This document shows, piece by piece, positions 8,521 to 18,874 of a stretch of 64,000 nucleotides of DNA. Source of the stretch: Thermoleophilia bacterium (lineage in GTDB: Bacteria > Actinomycetota > Thermoleophilia > UBA2241); the NCBI GenBank assembly GCA_040776965.1, contig JAXGZO010000001.1, forward strand, positions 593,419 to 657,418. The letters run 5' to 3'. Numbering within the stretch: position 1 is the stretch's first letter; each line of letters begins with the position of its first letter. Made by a program: the position numbers and the translations under genes. A model generated the notes under the pieces. The model ran no database searches, was not told where the DNA came from, and saw nothing but the letters and a program-made list of their open reading frames with translations.

Positions 8521-9903
8521 TCAGTTCTTAACGAAGAGCGCGACCGTCTCCACGTGGTGGGTCTGCGGAAACATGTCGACGGGGGCGACCCGCTCGAGGC
8601 GGTAGCCGAGCTCCACGAGCTCGGCCCCGTTGCCGGCGAGCGTGGTGGGGTTGCACGAGACGTAGACGAACCGGTCGGCGCCGAGCGCGGCCGCGCGCTG
8701 CAGGGCCTTGCGGGCCATGCCCGCGCGCGGCGGATCGGTAATGAGCACTGCGGGCCTCTCCGCGTCGTCCGCGCGCGCCGCGTTAAGCGTGGGGTGCGGC
8801 GGAAACTTGAGCAGCGGCCGCACGTTGTGCGCGTAAAAGTGGATGTTCGCGATGCCGCCGAGCTGGGCGTTTTCGCGCGCGGCGAGGATGGCCTCCTCTT
8901 GGATCTCGATAGCCTGCACCGAGCCGGCTCGCAGGGCGAGCGGCAGGCTGATGGAGCCGATGCCGCAGTAGAGGTCGACGGCCGGCCTGGTGGCATCCGG
9001 GGCGGCCAGCCGCAATGTGGTCTCGTAGAGTACCTCGCACATCGCGCTGTTGGTCTGCAAAAAGGCGGTGGCCGGCACGCGGAGCTCTACGCCGGCGAGG
9101 CGCTCGCGGAGGAAGGGCTCGCCGAGCAGGAGGTGTGGCTCGCCCACCGCGGCGTCGGCGAGTGCGTCGTTGACGGTAACGGCGAAGGAGGTACAGCCGC
9201 AGGCCTCGGCGACGCGCTCGGCGAGCTCGCGCTCCTCGGGGAACCGCGAGGTGACGAAGAGGTTGAGCAGGAGGTCGCCGCTCGTAGCGCTCTCGCGCAC
9301 CACGAGGTGACGCAGGAGGCCCTCGTGGCGGTGGCGGTTGTAGGGGGTGAGGCCGAGGGAGCGGCAGGCCTCGAGGGTAGAGGCTCGGGCGAGGTTCATG
9401 CGCTCCGAGGCCAAGTGGCAGTCGTGGAGCTCCACGATCTCGTGCCAGGAGCCGCGGCGGTGGAGCCCCAGAAGGGGGCGGCCGTCTTCGCTCTGCCCAA
9501 ACGAGAACTCCATCTTGTTGCGGTAGCGCCAGGGGTGCGCCATGCCGCGCACGGGCTCCTGCGTGAACCCGGTGAGGTGGCCGAGCCGCTCCAGGGAGTC
9601 GGCCACCTGCTGCGCCTTGTACTCGAGCTGCGCGTCGTACGAGAGCGTCTGCCACTCGCAGCCGCCGCACTCGTGCGCGTGCGCGCAGGTGGGTGCGCAA
9701 CGGCGTGGGGAGGGGGTGAGCACCTCGAGGGTGGTGGCCTCCGCGTGGCTGCGCTTGCGCCGCGTGACGCGCGCCCGCACGCGGTCGCCCGGTACGGCGC
9801 CGCGGAGGAAGACGACGAAGTCGTCGTGGCGCGCCACGCCCTGACCTCCGTAGGCGAGGGTCGTGACGTCGAGCTCGAGGATGTCTCCGGGGCGCGGTGG
9901 CAT
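8521..9903 (-). CDS. 23S rRNA (uracil-C5)-methyltransferase, RlmD/RumA family (TRAM + 4Fe-4S + SAM methyltransferase)
   Basis: TRAM domain at the N-terminus (DILELDVTTLAYGGQGVAR), Cys cluster CxxxxxxCGGCxWQ and a C-terminal class-I methyltransferase. ATG at 9903 is preferred over the 35-aa extension to 10008. Confidence 0.85.
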   Translation of the reverse strand: MPPRPGDILELDVTTLAYGGQGVARHDDFVVFLRGAVPGDRVRARVTRRKRSHAEATTLEVLTPSPRRCAPTCAHAHECGGCEWQTLSYDAQLEYKAQQVADSLERLGHLTGFTQEPVRGMAHPWRYRNKMEFSFGQSEDGRPLLGLHRRGSWHEIVELHDCHLASERMNLARASTLEACRSLGLTPYNRHRHEGLLRHLVVRESATSGDLLLNLFVTSRFPEERELAERVAEACGCTSFAVTVNDALADAAVGEPHLLLGEPFLRERLAGVELRVPATAFLQTNSAMCEVLYETTLRLAAPDATRPAVDLYCGIGSISLPLALRAGSVQAIEIQEEAILAARENAQLGGIANIHFYAHNVRPLLKFPPHPTLNAARADDAERPAVLITDPPRAGMARKALQRAAALGADRFVYVSCNPTTLAGNGAELVELGYRLERVAPVDMFPQTHHVETVALFVKN

Positions 9904-10043
9904 AGTGGTGCAGTCTACTCGTTCGTCGGCTCGACCGCGAGCGAAGGTAAAGGCAAGCGCCGATGCTCGTCGTCCCTTGACGCAAGTACGTCTTCGCGGT
10001 ACGTTCAAAATCCTTTTCTGAAATCGATACCCGCGGGATCTGT

Positions 10044-11030
10044 ATGAAAAGAGGTGCCGTGTTTGGTGGCTTCGCCTCAGAGCTTCGCAAGCTGCGTCGT
10101 CCCGCCTTTCTCTGGGTCACGCTGGTGGCGATCGTTCTCGCCGTCATCATCGCGGCCTTTAGTCAGCAGAGTCAGCGGACGTATCTTTTTAACCTCCGCG
10201 ACGGCGAACGCCAGTTCCTCGCCACCCCACCCGCGCCGGCCGACCTCGGCCTCAAGCCCGGCCCGGCCTACCGAAGGGCGATCGCCGAGCAGCAGCAGAG
10301 TCTGCACCGGCAGGTCGTGGAGGCGACCGCTCAAGCGGAGCTCGTGGGCGCTACGCAGCACCCCGCCGGTGCCCTTGGCTTTGTAGCCCGGCTCCTGGCA
10401 TCCTCACTCGGCTTCTTTGTCGTCTGCCTTCTCGCCGGTCTCCACGTAGGCGGAGAGTGGGAGCAGGGCAGCGTGAAAGACGTGCTCATCCGCGAGCCCA
10501 GCCGTCTGCGCTTCGTAGCGCTCAAGACGCTCTCGCTCTGGGCGGCGAGCGGCGCTATCCTCCTGCTCGCCTGGCTCGGCGTCGCCCTCTTCGGGCTGCT
10601 CTCGCAGCATCTCTGGCCGCTCCCGCAGCCTCCCTCAACCGCCGCCGTATGGCTCTGGGGTGGCCGCCAGCTCCTGCGAGCGCTCCCCGTGCTCTTGCTC
10701 TTCGTCACCACGGGGGTGAGCTTGGCTGTTCTGTTGAGGAGTGTGCTCGCGCCGGTGGTGGGTGGGGTGGTGTTGGCCGCCACTGGGTTTTTTCTCTCGC
10801 AGTTCGATCTCGTCTGGGGGTGGGTGTTCCCCTCCAGCTGGATCGCCGAGATTATGCAGTACGACACCAATCGCGCCCCCGTTAACTTTCTGCTCGACCA
10901 CCCCCTTACGGCCAGTCGAGTTACGGCGATGCCGTGGGGGGTGGCGCTCGGCGCAGTGGTGCTGCTGAGCGCCCTGCTCTTCGCCGGTACGGCGAAGCGC
11001 ATGGGCGCGCGGCGCGACAGCGTGGTGTAG
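10044..11030 (+). CDS. ABC-2-family permease-like membrane protein (orphan; no adjacent ATPase)
   Basis: Six predicted TM segments. Conserved ExExGT-like loop (GGEWEQGS) typical of ABC-2 permeases. Confidence 0.5.
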   Translation: MKRGAVFGGFASELRKLRRPAFLWVTLVAIVLAVIIAAFSQQSQRTYLFNLRDGERQFLATPPAPADLGLKPGPAYRRAIAEQQQSLHRQVVEATAQAELVGATQHPAGALGFVARLLASSLGFFVVCLLAGLHVGGEWEQGSVKDVLIREPSRLRFVALKTLSLWAASGAILLLAWLGVALFGLLSQHLWPLPQPPSTAAVWLWGGRQLLRALPVLLLFVTTGVSLAVLLRSVLAPVVGGVVLAATGFFLSQFDLVWGWVFPSSWIAEIMQYDTNRAPVNFLLDHPLTASRVTAMPWGVALGAVVLLSALLFAGTAKRMGARRDSVV

Positions 11031-11053
11031 CAGTGCGGGGAGGGGGCGAGCGG

Positions 11054-11452
11054 CTACAGCGCCGCGAGCACGCTCACGTGCACGCGGCGCCTGCGCGGGC
11101 CGTCGAACTCCGCGAAGTAGATACCCTGCCAGGTGCCGAGCTCGAGGCGTCCGCCTTTGAGGGGCACGAGGATGCTGCTGCCGATGATGCTCGCCTTGGC
11201 GTGCGCGTCGGCGTTGCCCTCCGCGTGCGCGTAGCTCTGGCTCTCGGGCACGAGGCGGTTGAGGATAGCGGTGAGGTCGGCGCGCACCGAGGGGTCGGCG
11301 TTCTCGTTAATAGTGACGCCGGCGGTGGTGTGGGGAATATAGACCATCACGGCGCCGTCGGTGCCGCCCATGGTGCGGACCGCCGCCTCGACCTCCGCGG
11401 TGATGTCGACGAAGGTGGTGCGGCTCGGTGTTTGGATGTCGAGGGTCTTCAT
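11054..11452 (-). CDS. YjbQ/UPF0047 family protein (secondary thiamine-phosphate synthase-like)
   Basis: Full-length match to the YjbQ family pattern (TxxVDITxxV...YIPHTTAGxxINENADPxVxxDL...HxxGNxDAHxK). Confidence 0.85.
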   Translation of the reverse strand: MKTLDIQTPSRTTFVDITAEVEAAVRTMGGTDGAVMVYIPHTTAGVTINENADPSVRADLTAILNRLVPESQSYAHAEGNADAHAKASIIGSSILVPLKGGRLELGTWQGIYFAEFDGPRRRRVHVSVLAAL

Positions 11453-12111
11453 ACGGGTCTCCTTTTCGCCCTGAGGCGGTCGAAGGGGGACGAGCGCCGG
11501 CGGTGGGGGGTGGTGTGCCCTCGCTTAATGGCGGCCACCACATCGGCGGTGGAGCGGATGGAGTCGGGGAACTCGGTAGAGCACCGCATGATGCGGTCGG
11601 CCTCGTGGGCGTCGCTGCCGCCGGTGCGGGGCAGGCCGAGGCGCTTCGCGATGGCCTCGGCCTCCGTTACGTAGCGCTTGCCGAGCCAGTTGCCGTTGTA
11701 CACCTCGACCGCGTCGATGAGGTTGGCGACCTCGCGCTCGAGGCCGGTGTAGTAGACGGAGCGGCTGCGCCCGCCGCCCGCCGTCGGATGCACCCAGACC
11801 ACGGCGGCGTCATCTGGCACGTCGCCGGGGCGTGGTGCCGGCTGCACGTCGCGGAGCGTTGTGAGAAAATCAGGGTCCGGCGAGAAGACGACGAAGTCGC
11901 CGTACTGCGTGCTGATCTCGACGCCGCGGATGAGGAGGATTCCCTTCGCTGCGAGCAGGGGCTCCAGCGCCACGTTGTCGCTCAGGTCGCCGTGATTGGT
12001 GAGCGCAATAGCTCGTATGCCGCCTCGCACGCAGCGCTCGATGTACTCCTGCGTGGAGATCGCGGAGCAGCGGGAGGCGGGAAAGGTGTGCGTATGCAGA
12101 TCGATGAGCAT
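11449..12111 (-). CDS. PHP-domain metal-dependent phosphoesterase
   Basis: LHTHTxxS, LTNHGD and GGSDAHE motifs. 4-nt overlap with downstream yjbQ. Confidence 0.8.
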   Translation of the reverse strand: MLIDLHTHTFPASRCSAISTQEYIERCVRGGIRAIALTNHGDLSDNVALEPLLAAKGILLIRGVEISTQYGDFVVFSPDPDFLTTLRDVQPAPRPGDVPDDAAVVWVHPTAGGGRSRSVYYTGLEREVANLIDAVEVYNGNWLGKRYVTEAEAIAKRLGLPRTGGSDAHEADRIMRCSTEFPDSIRSTADVVAAIKRGHTTPHRRRSSPFDRLRAKRRPV

Positions 12112-12278
12112 AAGGGGATTATATAGGTCTCACTTCATTTCTCCCCCCGTTTTCGACGGAGGGAGGAACTACGCGGGCAGAAGGCGAAAAAGGTCTTCAC
12201 CTCAAACCGCCGAATGAGGCAAGCGAGGCGAGGCGGGTCATACTTCACGAGTGCAATCTGAGAAGGTGAGCGTGTAAC

Positions 12279-13961
12279 GTGGAGAGAAACGAGAGCAGGG
12301 TGCAGGAGGCAACGGGTCTCGGTAAGAGACTTCCGGAGATCTACAAGTTCTTCCCGCAGGGCGCCGACAGCGGGGTTGCTCTTCACATCGGCTACTGTCG
12401 CGGGCGGGGCGAAGTCACTTGGGAGGACTCGATCCTCGCGTTTCCCGGTATCGAGACCACCGTCTTTGAGTACTCGCCGCTCGGCGGCCTCTCGTTTCTC
12501 CTCGAGAGCGGCGAATGCTTGCTCTACAACGGTGCGTTTGAGCGCATCGAGGAGCTCCCGGACGATCCCGGGGAGAACGTCATCATCGCCTTCACGCAGA
12601 AGGACATCGTCGTCTTCTTTAAAGAGACGCACATCGGCGAGATTACGGTATGCACGCTCATCGACATCTCCTCTCGGCTCAAATACCTCGAGGCGATTAT
12701 CGCCGAGAACGAGCAAGATAGGCTGACGGGGCTCTTTAACAGGGCATCCTTCCTCAAGCGGTGCCGCAAGCTCCTCCTCGGCGGCGGCTTCGGCGCGATG
12801 GCCTACATCGACCTCGACAACCTGAAGAACCTCAACGATGCGTGGGGGCACGATACCGGCGATCGCTACTTGGTCGCCCTCGCCGACTGGCTTCAGAGCT
12901 TCTTTGAGGAGATGCCGCGGGAGCGTAGGGTCTTTAGCCGCCTCTCGGGCGACGAGTTCGCGGTCTTCGTGGGCGGGTTTGAGAGCGAAGCCGAGAGGGA
13001 TGCTTGCGTCAACGGGTTCAACGAGACTCCCCCCTTCGCGTTGCCGGACGGTAAAGAGGGGAAGCTCTCCTTCTCCACCGGCGTGGCGAGGTACCCGGAG
13101 GACTCCACCGGTATCGACGACCTCCTCGTCTACTCCGACTTCGCCATGTCGCTCGTGAAGCGCAACGACAAGGGGTCGATTCGCTTCTTCGAGCGCCGCG
13201 AGCACGACACGTTCTGGAGCCTCTCCAAGGGCTTGGCGGATCTCGACCAGATCATTCGGGAGCGCGATATCTTCTTTAATTACATCCCGTACGTCTCGAG
13301 CGATTCGGGCGCGCCCGCGATCTTCGATCTCTTCCCGGTGAGCTCGCTCGAGAGCCTCGAGAACATCGAGCGCATCGCCCTCATCGGCAAGCACAGCCAT
13401 CGCCTCGGCGAGCTCGACCACCTCGTCTACGAGCTGATCGTGGAGGAGCTCACCCTGCTGGCCGACCTTAAGTTCGACCAAGTGGTCGCCCTCGGCTACA
13501 TGCCGCAGGACCTCCTCTACCACGGTAAGCTCGAGGAGCTGTTGTGGCGCTCCAACTTCCCCTCGCAGCGCCTCTGTCTCGTCTTCGACTCGGAGATGCG
13601 CAGCTACTACGACTACATGCGGACCATCGACGGCATTAACCAACTCGGCATGCTCTTCGGCTTCCGCAACTACACGCCGAAGACCTCCGCCGTTGCCTTC
13701 GAGTTCTCGCCCCACATCGTGCGCCTCAGTGAGGAGTTCGTGCGGGACTGCAGCGCCAATGTGGAAATGCAGGAGGAGATCCGCACGCTTAAATCCCAGG
13801 CCAAGGCCTCGGGGTTCAGTATCGTCGCCGGGCACATTTCTTCGGCTGCCGATTTCGAGTTCTTGAAGGGCTTAGGTATCGACCTGCTTGGTGGGCCAGC
13901 CGTCTTCGGCGATGTGAGCAGGGGCGAGATCGAGTCCATCGCGCGCACTACGCTCTTTTAG
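12279..13961 (+). CDS. Signalling protein: N-terminal unknown domain, GGDEF domain (SGDEF variant) and degenerate EAL-like C-terminal domain
   Basis: DRLTGLFNR and RLSGDEFAVF lie in the GGDEF core. The C-terminal region has EAL-like blocks (FRNYTPKTS ~ DDFGTGYSS; IVAGHISSAADFEFLKGLGIDLLGG ~ AEGVET...GQG) but lacks the E-A-L and catalytic residues. Confidence 0.8.
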   Translation: MERNESRVQEATGLGKRLPEIYKFFPQGADSGVALHIGYCRGRGEVTWEDSILAFPGIETTVFEYSPLGGLSFLLESGECLLYNGAFERIEELPDDPGENVIIAFTQKDIVVFFKETHIGEITVCTLIDISSRLKYLEAIIAENEQDRLTGLFNRASFLKRCRKLLLGGGFGAMAYIDLDNLKNLNDAWGHDTGDRYLVALADWLQSFFEEMPRERRVFSRLSGDEFAVFVGGFESEAERDACVNGFNETPPFALPDGKEGKLSFSTGVARYPEDSTGIDDLLVYSDFAMSLVKRNDKGSIRFFERREHDTFWSLSKGLADLDQIIRERDIFFNYIPYVSSDSGAPAIFDLFPVSSLESLENIERIALIGKHSHRLGELDHLVYELIVEELTLLADLKFDQVVALGYMPQDLLYHGKLEELLWRSNFPSQRLCLVFDSEMRSYYDYMRTIDGINQLGMLFGFRNYTPKTSAVAFEFSPHIVRLSEEFVRDCSANVEMQEEIRTLKSQAKASGFSIVAGHISSAADFEFLKGLGIDLLGGPAVFGDVSRGEIESIARTTLF

Positions 13962-14168
13962 CGGTTCAGCGGCTTAAAGGCGGGGGCGGGCGGCCGTAAG
14001 GCTTACCCGCCCTCGTCTTCGTTCGTCAGCGCGTGGCGCGCCCTTCTCTCGGCTTCCCCTCTTTCTTCTTCGCCCGGATGTTTAGCTGCTGGCCCCGCTG
14101 GCAATAAAGTTGATAGACTTAGACTCAAGTTTGTTGCTAACGACTGCGATCCGCGAAGGAGGATCCCT

Positions 14169-16076
14169 ATGGGCAAGGTAATCGGCATCGACTTGGGCAC
14201 GACCAACAGCGCGATGGCCGTGCTCGAAGGCGGCGAGCCGACCGTTATCCCCAACAGCGAGGGCGGGCGCACCACCCCGTCGGTGGTCGCCTTCTCGAAG
14301 AGCGGTGAGCGCCTCGTGGGGAGCGTCGCCCGTCGTCAGGCGGTCACGAACCCCGAGAACACCGTGTTCTCCATTAAGCGGTTCGTGGGCCGTAAGTACG
14401 GCGACGTCTCCGAGGAGATGACGATGGTGCCGTACCACGTGCAGAGCGGTCAGAACGGCGACGCCGTGGTCGAGATCGGTGGCTCCTCCTACACTCCGCC
14501 TGAGATCTCCGCGATGATCCTGCAGAAGCTCAAGCGCGACGCCGAGGACTACCTGGGCGAGAAGGTCACCGAGGCCGTCATTACGGTGCCGGCGTACTTT
14601 AACGACTCGCAGCGCCAGGCCACCAAAGACGCCGGCAAGATCGCCGGTCTCGAGGTTAAGCGCATTATCAACGAGCCTACGGCGGCCGCGCTCGCCTACG
14701 GCCTCGACAAAGAGCACGACCAGACGATCCTCGTGTTCGACCTCGGCGGCGGTACCTTCGACGTCTCCATCCTCGACCTGGGCGACGGGGTCTTCGAGGT
14801 GCGTTCCACCAACGGCGACACGCACCTCGGCGGCGACAACTTCGACAAGGCCGTCGTGGACTGGATGGTCGCCGAGTTCAAGCAGGCCCAGGGTATCGAC
14901 CTGCGCGGCGACAAGATGGCGCTGCAGCGGCTCTACGAGTCGGCCGAGAAGGCCAAGATCGAGCTCTCCACGACGCAGACCAGCGCGATCAACTTGCCGT
15001 TTATCTCTGCCGACGAGAACGGGCCGAAGCACCTCGACCTCACCCTCAGCCGGGCGAAGTTCGACGAGCTCACGAGCGATCTGCTCGAGCGCATCGTCGC
15101 GCCGGTGCAGAACGCGATCAAGGACGCGGGCCTGAGCGCGAGCGAGATCCACCACGTGATCCTCGTGGGCGGTATGACCCGCGTGCCGGCCGTGCAGGAG
15201 AAGGTCAAGGCGCTCATCGGCAAGGAGCCGCACAAGGGCGTCAACCCGGATGAGGTCGTCGCTGTGGGCGCCTCGATCCAGGGTGGTGTGCTCGCCGGCG
15301 AGGTCAAGGATGTGCTGCTGCTCGACGTGACGCCGCTCAGCCTCGGCATCGAGACCAAGGGTAACGTGTTCACCAAGCTCATCGAGCGCAACACGACGAT
15401 CCCGACCAAGAAGAGCGAGGTCTTCAGCACCGCCGACGACAACCAGACGAGCGTCGAGATCCACGTGCTGCAGGGTGAGCGCGAGATGGCCCGCTACAAC
15501 AAGACGCTCGGCAAGTTCCAGCTGGTCGGCATCCCGCCGGCGCCGCGCGGCATACCGCAGATCGAGGTCGCCTTCGACATCGACGCCAACGGGATTGTGC
15601 ACGTGAGCGCCAAGGATCTCGGCACCGGCAACGAGCAGAAGATCACCATTACGGCCTCGAGCGGCCTCAGCGAGCAGGACATAGAGCGCATGATGAAGGA
15701 CGCCGAGGCGCACGCCGAGGAAGACCGGCAGGCGCGTGAGCTCGCCGACGTGCGCAACAACGCCGAGAACCTGCTCTACAGCACCGAGAAGTCGCTGAAG
15801 GACACGGGTGACAAGATCGACGCCTCCACCAAGGGTGAGATCGAGGCCGCCGCAGCCGAGCTGCGCACGGCGCTCGAGGGCACCGACCAGGAGGCCATCA
15901 AGGCCAAGACCGAGGCGCTGATGCAGGCTTCGCACAAGCTCGCCGAGGCCGTGTACCAGCAGGCGCAGCAGCAGACCGCTCCCACCGGCGACGGTGCGGG
16001 GAGCCAGGCTCCCTCGGACGACGAGAACGTCGAAGACGGCGACTACGAAGTCATCGACGGCGACGAGAAGAAGTAA
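14169..16076 (+). CDS. dnaK: Molecular chaperone DnaK (Hsp70)
   Basis: Starts [14 protein letters not shown] with full Hsp70 signatures. RBS GAAGGAGGA at 14153-14161. Confidence 0.98.
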   Translation: MGKVIGIDLGTTNSAMAVLEGGEPTVIPNSEGGRTTPSVVAFSKSGERLVGSVARRQAVTNPENTVFSIKRFVGRKYGDVSEEMTMVPYHVQSGQNGDAVVEIGGSSYTPPEISAMILQKLKRDAEDYLGEKVTEAVITVPAYFNDSQRQATKDAGKIAGLEVKRIINEPTAAALAYGLDKEHDQTILVFDLGGGTFDVSILDLGDGVFEVRSTNGDTHLGGDNFDKAVVDWMVAEFKQAQGIDLRGDKMALQRLYESAEKAKIELSTTQTSAINLPFISADENGPKHLDLTLSRAKFDELTSDLLERIVAPVQNAIKDAGLSASEIHHVILVGGMTRVPAVQEKVKALIGKEPHKGVNPDEVVAVGASIQGGVLAGEVKDVLLLDVTPLSLGIETKGNVFTKLIERNTTIPTKKSEVFSTADDNQTSVEIHVLQGEREMARYNKTLGKFQLVGIPPAPRGIPQIEVAFDIDANGIVHVSAKDLGTGNEQKITITASSGLSEQDIERMMKDAEAHAEEDRQARELADVRNNAENLLYSTEKSLKDTGDKIDASTKGEIEAAAAELRTALEGTDQEAIKAKTEALMQASHKLAEAVYQQAQQQTAPTGDGAGSQAPSDDENVEDGDYEVIDGDEKK

Positions 16077-16106
16077 AAGCGGGTGCGTACACCTAAGGAG
16101 GACAGC

Positions 16107-16562
16107 ATGGGCATCATTCGATGGGATCCATTCCGTGAGCTGACGCAGACCCAGAACCAGTTCAGCAGGCTCGTGGACCAGGTGTGGGGCGGTCGTCAGG
16201 AGAGCTGGGTGCCGCCGGTCGACGTGTTCGACAAAAAAGAGGCCGTCGTGCTTAAGGCGGAGCTGCCCGGCATGGACGCTGACGATATCGCGATCGAGGT
16301 CGAGGACAACGTGCTCACGATCAAGGGTGAGCGCCGCTTCGAGGAGGTCGTAGAGGACGAGCGGTACTACCGCGTGGAGCGGAGGTTCGGTAGCTTCCAG
16401 CGCAGCCTCGCCCTGCCGCAGGGCGTGGATGCTGAAGGCATCGTCGCCGGCTACGACGACGGTATCTTGACGATCACGGTGCCGAAGCTGGAGGAAGAGA
16501 AGCCGAAGCGTATTGAGGTGAAGGCCAAGAAGGCGGTCGACGCCGAGAAGAACGACGACTGA
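16107..16562 (+). CDS. Hsp20/alpha-crystallin small heat-shock protein
   Basis: ATG at 16107 follows AAGGAGG (16095-16101). Alpha-crystallin domain present (VDVFDKKEAVVLKAELPG...LTIKGER...GILTITVPK). Confidence 0.92.
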   Translation: MGIIRWDPFRELTQTQNQFSRLVDQVWGGRQESWVPPVDVFDKKEAVVLKAELPGMDADDIAIEVEDNVLTIKGERRFEEVVEDERYYRVERRFGSFQRSLALPQGVDAEGIVAGYDDGILTITVPKLEEEKPKRIEVKAKKAVDAEKNDD

Positions 16563-16644
16563 CGGAAGCGCACGGACGCTACGAAGCAGGTCGGCGGGGG
16601 GGGCGGGGCGCCGCCCGCCGGACCAGGAGACTACAGGCAGGGTC

Positions 16645-17244
16645 ATGACGGAGAAAAAGAAGACGAAGCACGCCGGCGCGAAGCGTACGATCCCCGTCGA
16701 TCGCGTCGGCGAGGAGACGATCGACGTTCAGCAGCCCGCGCAGGAGGGCGCTGCGGCGTCTGTGCAGGAGTCCGCATCCGCCGTGGCCGATGAACTCGCC
16801 GCAGCGCTGGCGCAACGCGACGAGTACCTCGATCACCTACGGCGTCTCCAGGCCGAGTTCGACAACTACCGCAAGCGTGTGCGGCGTGAGGCGGAGGAGC
16901 TTCGCCTGCAGGCGGCGGAGGCGGTTATGGAGTCATTACTCCCCGTGCTGGACAACATGGCACGCGCCCTGAACGCCGCCGCGAGCTGCGAGGACGAGCA
17001 GCTGCTCGACGGCCTCAACCTCGTGGCGGGGCAGTTTAAAGCAGCCCTCCAGGGGAGCGGCCTTGAGGAGGTCGCCGTGGAGGCCGGAACGCCCTTCGAC
17101 CCGACCTTTCACGAGGCGATTACCACACAGACATCCGACGAGTATGAGGAGGATGCGGTGCTCCAGGTGCTGGAACGTGGCTACCTGCTGAACGGTAGGT
17201 TGCTGCGTCCGGCCAAGGTCATCGTAGTGAGTGGGGATGGCTGA
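16645..17244 (+). CDS. grpE: Nucleotide exchange factor GrpE
   Basis: GrpE coiled-coil and C-terminal beta-domain (FDPxxHEA...LxxGY). RBS AGGAGA upstream. Confidence 0.93.
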   Translation: MTEKKKTKHAGAKRTIPVDRVGEETIDVQQPAQEGAAASVQESASAVADELAAALAQRDEYLDHLRRLQAEFDNYRKRVRREAEELRLQAAEAVMESLLPVLDNMARALNAAASCEDEQLLDGLNLVAGQFKAALQGSGLEEVAVEAGTPFDPTFHEAITTQTSDEYEEDAVLQVLERGYLLNGRLLRPAKVIVVSGDG

Positions 17245-18373
17245 TTTTTACGACATACTCGGCGTCTCCAAGGGCGCCTCTCAGGACGAGATCAAGAAGG
17301 CGTTTCGTAAGCTCGCCCGCGAGTACCACCCCGACAAAAACCCGGGCAACGCGACGGCTGAGGAGAAGTTCAAAGAGGTTAACCAAGCCTACGAGACGCT
17401 CTCCAACCCGGAGAAGCGCAAGCAGTACGACGAGTTCAGCCGCCTCGGCGGCTTCGCCGGTGCCGGCGGCTACCGACCGGGCACCGGAGGCTACCAGGGC
17501 CAGGGTTTCGACCCACGGATGTTCGGAGAGGGCGCTCAGCAGTTCGACATGGGCGACCTCGGCGATATTCTCGGCAACCTCTTCGGAGGGGGGGCGGCCG
17601 GAGCGGGCGGCGGCCGCCGTAGGACGGCCGCCGAGCGCGGAGCCGATCTCCACGTGGAGATCACGGTCTCCTTCGATGATTCGCTCCACGGCGTGCAGGT
17701 GAAGATCCCGGTGGAGAAGCCCGATACGTGCGAGGGCTGCAGAGGCACCGGCGCTCGTCCGGGCACCGGGCCCACCGTCTGTTCGGCATGCGGCGGTCGT
17801 GGGAGCGTGGTGCAAAACCAGGGCTTCTTCGCGCTCTCGCAGCCCTGCTCTCGCTGCCACGGTCAGGGCACGGTGATTGAGCAGCCCTGCGCCGTCTGCG
17901 GCGGCAGCGGGTTGCAGCAGCGCACGCGGCGCTACGCGGTCAAAATTCCGGCCGGGGTGAAGGACGGCACCAAGATCCGCATTAAGGGGAAGGGTGAGGC
18001 CGGCCGCCGCGGCGGAGCGGCCGGCGACCTCTTCGTGCGGGTCAAGGTGGAGGAGGACGACGTCTTTGTACGTCGTGACGACGACGTGATCCTCACCCTC
18101 TCCATCACGGTCGCGGAGGCGGCGCTCGGCACGAGCATCAAGATCCCCACGCCGGGCGGCGGGCGGGTCTCGCTCAAGATCCCCGCCGGGAGCCAGGAGG
18201 GCCGTACGCTCCGCATTCGCTCCAAGGGCGCGCCCAAGCTTCGCGGCGGCCACGGCGATCTTTTGGTCCGGCTGCACGTGTGCGTGCCGGAGAAGCTCAC
18301 GAAGGAGCAAAAGCGGCTCTTCGAGCAGTTGGGGAGCACGCTGACGAGCCCGCGTGAGACGGACCTCAGCTGA
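17237..18373 (+). CDS. dnaJ: Chaperone DnaJ (J-domain, G/F region, 4x CxxCxGxG zinc fingers)
   Basis: [10 protein letters not shown]...HPDKN J-domain and four CxxCxGxG repeats. ATG at 17237 overlaps the grpE stop by 8 nt. Confidence 0.95.
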   Translation: MADFYDILGVSKGASQDEIKKAFRKLAREYHPDKNPGNATAEEKFKEVNQAYETLSNPEKRKQYDEFSRLGGFAGAGGYRPGTGGYQGQGFDPRMFGEGAQQFDMGDLGDILGNLFGGGAAGAGGGRRRTAAERGADLHVEITVSFDDSLHGVQVKIPVEKPDTCEGCRGTGARPGTGPTVCSACGGRGSVVQNQGFFALSQPCSRCHGQGTVIEQPCAVCGGSGLQQRTRRYAVKIPAGVKDGTKIRIKGKGEAGRRGGAAGDLFVRVKVEEDDVFVRRDDDVILTLSITVAEAALGTSIKIPTPGGGRVSLKIPAGSQEGRTLRIRSKGAPKLRGGHGDLLVRLHVCVPEKLTKEQKRLFEQLGSTLTSPRETDLS

Positions 18374-18396
18374 GCTGAGATGAGGAGGTGACGGCG

Positions 18397-18807
18397 ATGC
18401 TGTTCGACGACTTCGACGCCCCGCTCTTCATGATCTCGGTGGCCGCGGATCTCGCGGGTATGCATCCGCAGACGCTGCGGATGTACGAGCGTCGTGGCCT
18501 GGTAAGCCCGGGCCGCACCGCCAAAAACACACGGCGCTACTCCCGCCGCGACGTGGAGCTCCTGCGGCGCATCCAGGAGCTCACCGACCTCGGCCTCAAC
18601 CTCGCCGGCGTTAAGCGAGTGCTGGCGATGGAGGAACGGGTCGCCGAGCTCGAGCTCGAGCTCGAGCGCTTGCACGGCCTCCTCGCTGCGGCGGAGGTCG
18701 AGATGCGTCGCGAGGTCGAGCGGGTTGAGAGCGCACACCGCTTCGAGCTCGTGCCGGTCGCGCGGACGCAGATCGTTCCACTGGGTCGCCGTCGCAGGCG
18801 CATGTGA
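18397..18807 (+). CDS. hspR: Heat-shock transcriptional repressor HspR (MerR family)
   Basis: MerR-type HTH (ISVAADLAGMHPQTLRMYERRGL) and a C-terminal coiled coil. ATG at 18397 is 8 nt after AGGAGG. Lies downstream of dnaJ as in actinobacterial dnaK operons. Confidence 0.9.
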   Translation: MLFDDFDAPLFMISVAADLAGMHPQTLRMYERRGLVSPGRTAKNTRRYSRRDVELLRRIQELTDLGLNLAGVKRVLAMEERVAELELELERLHGLLAAAEVEMRREVERVESAHRFELVPVARTQIVPLGRRRRRM

Positions 18808-18808
18808 C

Positions 18809-18842
18809 GGCGGGGAGGCCGCCGAGAGGTTGCCTCCCCGCC
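18809..18842 (+). terminator. Perfect 11-bp GC hairpin (GGCGGGGAGGC...GCCTCCCCGCC) immediately after the hspR stop; weak U-tract
   Basis: Inverted repeat read directly from the sequence. It lies 32 nt upstream of the clpC ATG. Confidence 0.4.
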
Positions 18843-18874
18843 CGGCGACCTTCTTCTCGAGAGGTAGGTGGCTG

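Noticed and set aside
8461-10150. Long ORFs 8461..10047(+) and 8783..10150(-) overlapping the RlmD gene
   Set aside because: Their Arg/Ala/Gly-rich, low-complexity translations have no motifs. The opposite strand or frame carries a clean TRAM-FeS-methyltransferase protein. They are the usual GC-rich antisense and alternate-frame ORFs.
12135-13835. 566-aa minus-strand ORF antisense to the GGDEF-EAL gene
   Set aside because: No domain signatures and a highly biased composition. The plus-strand product has clear GGDEF/EAL blocks and an RBS.
14100-14168. CIRCE (HrcA) or canonical HAIR operator upstream of dnaK
   Set aside because: Only partial matches (TTAGACTC...GCTAA; an ACTCAAG half-site) were found and no hrcA is in the window. 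Kept only as a low-confidence note within the heat-shock finding.
14082-16646. 854-aa minus-strand ORF antisense to dnaK/hsp20
   Set aside because: dnaK on the plus strand is unambiguous. The antisense ORF is a stop-codon-poor artifact of GC-rich DNA.
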